The position numbers and the translations under genes were made by a program. DNA of 54,187 bases from the IMG/VR virus record IMGVR_UViG_2821091796_000001, positions 64,001 through 118,187 of that record, one strand, 5' to 3'. How positions within the stretch are numbered: the stretch's first letter is position 1; each line of letters begins with the position of its first letter. The notes beneath the pieces are model-generated. The model was not told the origin of the DNA and did no database searches. It was given only the letters and a program-made list of their open reading frames with translations. Shown here in pieces: positions 52,271 through 54,187 of this stretch. This DNA comes from a virus. Lineage: Duplodnaviria; Heunggongvirae; Uroviricota; Caudoviricetes.

Positions 52271-52290
52271 GTAAGTCAATAATGATTGAT
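52271..52290. promoter_or_regulatory. Palindromic operator copy 19
   Basis: GTAAGTCAATAATGATTGAT. Confidence 0.87.
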
Positions 52291-52306
52291 ACAGAGAGAG
52301 ACACAG

Positions 52307-54148
52307 ATGCAGGTTTCACAGTTAGCAGAGCTTGATACCCATGCCGTTATTGGCGGTGGTAAGGCGCGTTCGTTCTCAATGTCTGACTCGGCAGAGTTCT
52401 TCACTGTGCTGTCCGACACTCTATACCGCGACAAGAAACGCGCTGTTGTGCGTGAGGTGATCTGTAATGGTTGGGACGCGCATGTCATGAACGGCTGCAC
52501 GGACAAACATCTGGAAATCACGCTCACTGACGATGAAATGATCATCAAGGATTTTGGGCCAGGTATCTCAGACGACCGCATTGTTCCGATCTACTGTGTT
52601 TACGGCGCCTCGACGAAGGTAAAGGATGATGCGCAGACCGGCGGATTCGGTCTTGGGTCAAAGGCGCCGTTTGCCTACACAGATCACTTCACGGTCGTTA
52701 GCTGCTTTGACGAAAAGAAGATCGTCTATGCGATCAGCCGGGGCGGAACAGCGACTGAGGGAAAACCTGAAATCCGTCAGATGGTCGCAGTTCCCACACA
52801 GGAAAGCGGCATAACGGTCACGATTCCCCTGCGCGAAAAAGAAGACCACGTAAAATTCGCCGGCATCATCCGTTCCGTCGTCTATCAGGGTGGAATGAAG
52901 GTTCGCTTGAATGGGCAGGAACTTGCGACGGTGAACTATGAGCAAGCGCGCAAGCGAGGCTATTGCGCCATTCTCAACCGCAACGATGAGCTGCGCGAAG
53001 CCCACGTCTATTTGCTTTACGGCACCGTTCTTTATCCAATCAGCACGACCGATCCCAGCATTACGGTTGCAACGAACCATGCCAACAATCTTATTGGGAA
53101 GGGCTTCAAGCTTGTTCTCATCGCCCCGCCGAATTCGGTTGGTGTAACGCCCAGCCGCGAATCCCTTTCCTACTCGGAAATGACCACGCAGACGATCCTT
53201 CGCCTCCTCAAGCGCGCTTCAAATGAGATTAACTCCTCAATCACCGGTGCCGGGAAGAAGGTCATCACTCGCCTTGGCTCAAAGATGACGTTTGATGATG
53301 CCCATTTTTTGACCTCGCGGATACACTACGGAGGGGTTACGAATAACGAACTCATTCAAGTGGATCCGCGCCAGATCGCGGCATACCTGGTCAGGAATAA
53401 TCTGGAGAAGATTGACGCCTCTCAGCGACGCAAATGGATCTTCTCCGGTCTCATCAAATCAAATCGCGATCAAAGGGCGGCTCTTCGCGATGCGCGCTAT
53501 CGCAATATTGATTTTGGAACTATGCGACAAGAGCAAGGCCATCGGCAGTTTGTGAAATTCGCGAGCCGGCTCGGGGCTCTGAATGAAGCTATGATTTACA
53601 GCGATCATTCTGAAATTACACGCGGCACCAAACGTTTGAAGGGGCTGCGCGAGGCCATTGAGTCCGAGGGCAAGTTCATTCGAACTCTCTATCTTGCACC
53701 AAACCGGCGTGAACTGACGTCGCTTATCGTCGGTTGCAAACTCGACGCGATGGATCGATCCAATGAATTTCACATGGGTTTGATCACAGGTTCAAAACCG
53801 TCACGTGATAAGCTTGATCGAATCCGCAGACTCGCGGAGAAATTCAAGTTCACTATTGAGGAATATGACTTTGAATGGCAGAAGCCGAAAGTCGTTCGAA
53901 CAAAGGCTCCACAAGAGACGTTCCACAATCTCGATGATTACGTCGAAGATCACCGACTGGTCGAAGCGACACTCACTGATCCAAAATTCTTTATTCGAGC
54001 ATCCACTCATAATGATGTGATGAGGTTGGGAATTAATGATTATAGCGCTCGGCATATGTTGAAAAAGCTATTCCCTGGCGCAGCGATAATCAGTATGCGA
54101 CGTCCACGCCCCATAGATTTTTCGGTTGATCTACGGGCCGTCAAATGA
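52307..54148 (+). CDS. rIIA: RIIA-like protein (N-terminal GHKL ATPase)
   Basis: LYRDKKRAVVREVICNGWDAH, IKDFGPGI, YGASTK, GGFGLGSKAPFAYTDHFTV match the T4 RIIA N-terminus; start at ATG 52307. Confidence 0.8.
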   Translation: MQVSQLAELDTHAVIGGGKARSFSMSDSAEFFTVLSDTLYRDKKRAVVREVICNGWDAHVMNGCTDKHLEITLTDDEMIIKDFGPGISDDRIVPIYCVYGASTKVKDDAQTGGFGLGSKAPFAYTDHFTVVSCFDEKKIVYAISRGGTATEGKPEIRQMVAVPTQESGITVTIPLREKEDHVKFAGIIRSVVYQGGMKVRLNGQELATVNYEQARKRGYCAILNRNDELREAHVYLLYGTVLYPISTTDPSITVATNHANNLIGKGFKLVLIAPPNSVGVTPSRESLSYSEMTTQTILRLLKRASNEINSSITGAGKKVITRLGSKMTFDDAHFLTSRIHYGGVTNNELIQVDPRQIAAYLVRNNLEKIDASQRRKWIFSGLIKSNRDQRAALRDARYRNIDFGTMRQEQGHRQFVKFASRLGALNEAMIYSDHSEITRGTKRLKGLREAIESEGKFIRTLYLAPNRRELTSLIVGCKLDAMDRSNEFHMGLITGSKPSRDKLDRIRRLAEKFKFTIEEYDFEWQKPKVVRTKAPQETFHNLDDYVEDHRLVEATLTDPKFFIRASTHNDVMRLGINDYSARHMLKKLFPGAAIISMRRPRPIDFSVDLRAVK

Positions 54149-54187
54149 GCTCACCGAAGAGTATCTGACGAGCTCATTGTGAGGCTC

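Larger units (their letters stand above)
1..54187. mobile_element. Segment of a large temperate phage / phage-plasmid (siphovirus-type tail tip, repC replicon), probably Rhizobiaceae host
   Basis: Continuous phage tail, lysis, replication and nucleotide-metabolism genes plus repC/ctRNA and a dif-like site; no host housekeeping context and no integrase in the window. Confidence 0.9.

Noticed and set aside
5985-52290. Repeated 20-mers as a CRISPR array or REP-like repeats
   Set aside because: Copies are dispersed singly or in pairs at promoters, with no regular spacers and no cas genes; an operator explanation fits better
196-54055. Many long antisense or alternate-frame ORFs in the track (e.g. 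196-729, 21082-21972, 25531-26409, 29637-30455, 42650-43378)
   Set aside because: They overlap well-supported genes, lack RBS and family motifs, and are the usual shadow ORFs of fairly GC-rich coding DNA
1-54187. tRNA, rRNA, integrase or transposase genes
   Set aside because: No cloverleaf with T-arm and acceptor stem found in the intergenic gaps, and no recombinase or transposase motifs recognised
54145-54187. rIIB start or rIIA frameshift at window end; ATGAGCTC/GAGCTCAT inverted repeat
   Set aside because: The overlapping ATG gives only a 7-codon ORF, and too little downstream sequence is available to judge

Overview
The whole window is part of a large temperate phage, most likely a Rhizobiaceae phage-plasmid (inference from the repABC-type repC, its ctRNA and an alphaproteobacterial-type dif site). 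Gene content resembles SSU5/pHCM2-like phage-plasmids. Left to right: tail tip J (5'-partial) and three paralogous tail-tip accessory genes; lysis cassette; HTH-phosphoesterase; tail-fibre module; phoH, Sm/Hfq-like gene, helicase, primase, ligase; a minus-strand plasmid island (repC, ctRNA, RHH gene, dif site, two secreted paralogues); XRE repressor; CobT-like VWA, CobS-like AAA+, sigma-like factor, DnaE; a T4-like recombination set (UvsY-like, gp32-like SSB, 5'-3' exonuclease, RecA, SbcD/C-like, RuvC-like); nucleotide metabolism (nrdB, nrdA, thyX, dut); rIIA-like gene. The most notable signals are non-coding: (1) at least 19 copies of a 20-bp palindromic operator; (2) about 13 copies of a non-canonical promoter RYANYCC-N11/12-GCTATAA; (3) an unannotated ~93-nt sRNA whose CUCUCUGUGUC seed is complementary to an ACAGAGAG leader motif just upstream of five operator-controlled start codons, in an element that also encodes an Hfq-like protein. 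Together these suggest a repressor / sigma factor / sRNA-Hfq circuit. All family calls come from motifs recognised by eye; no database searches were run.
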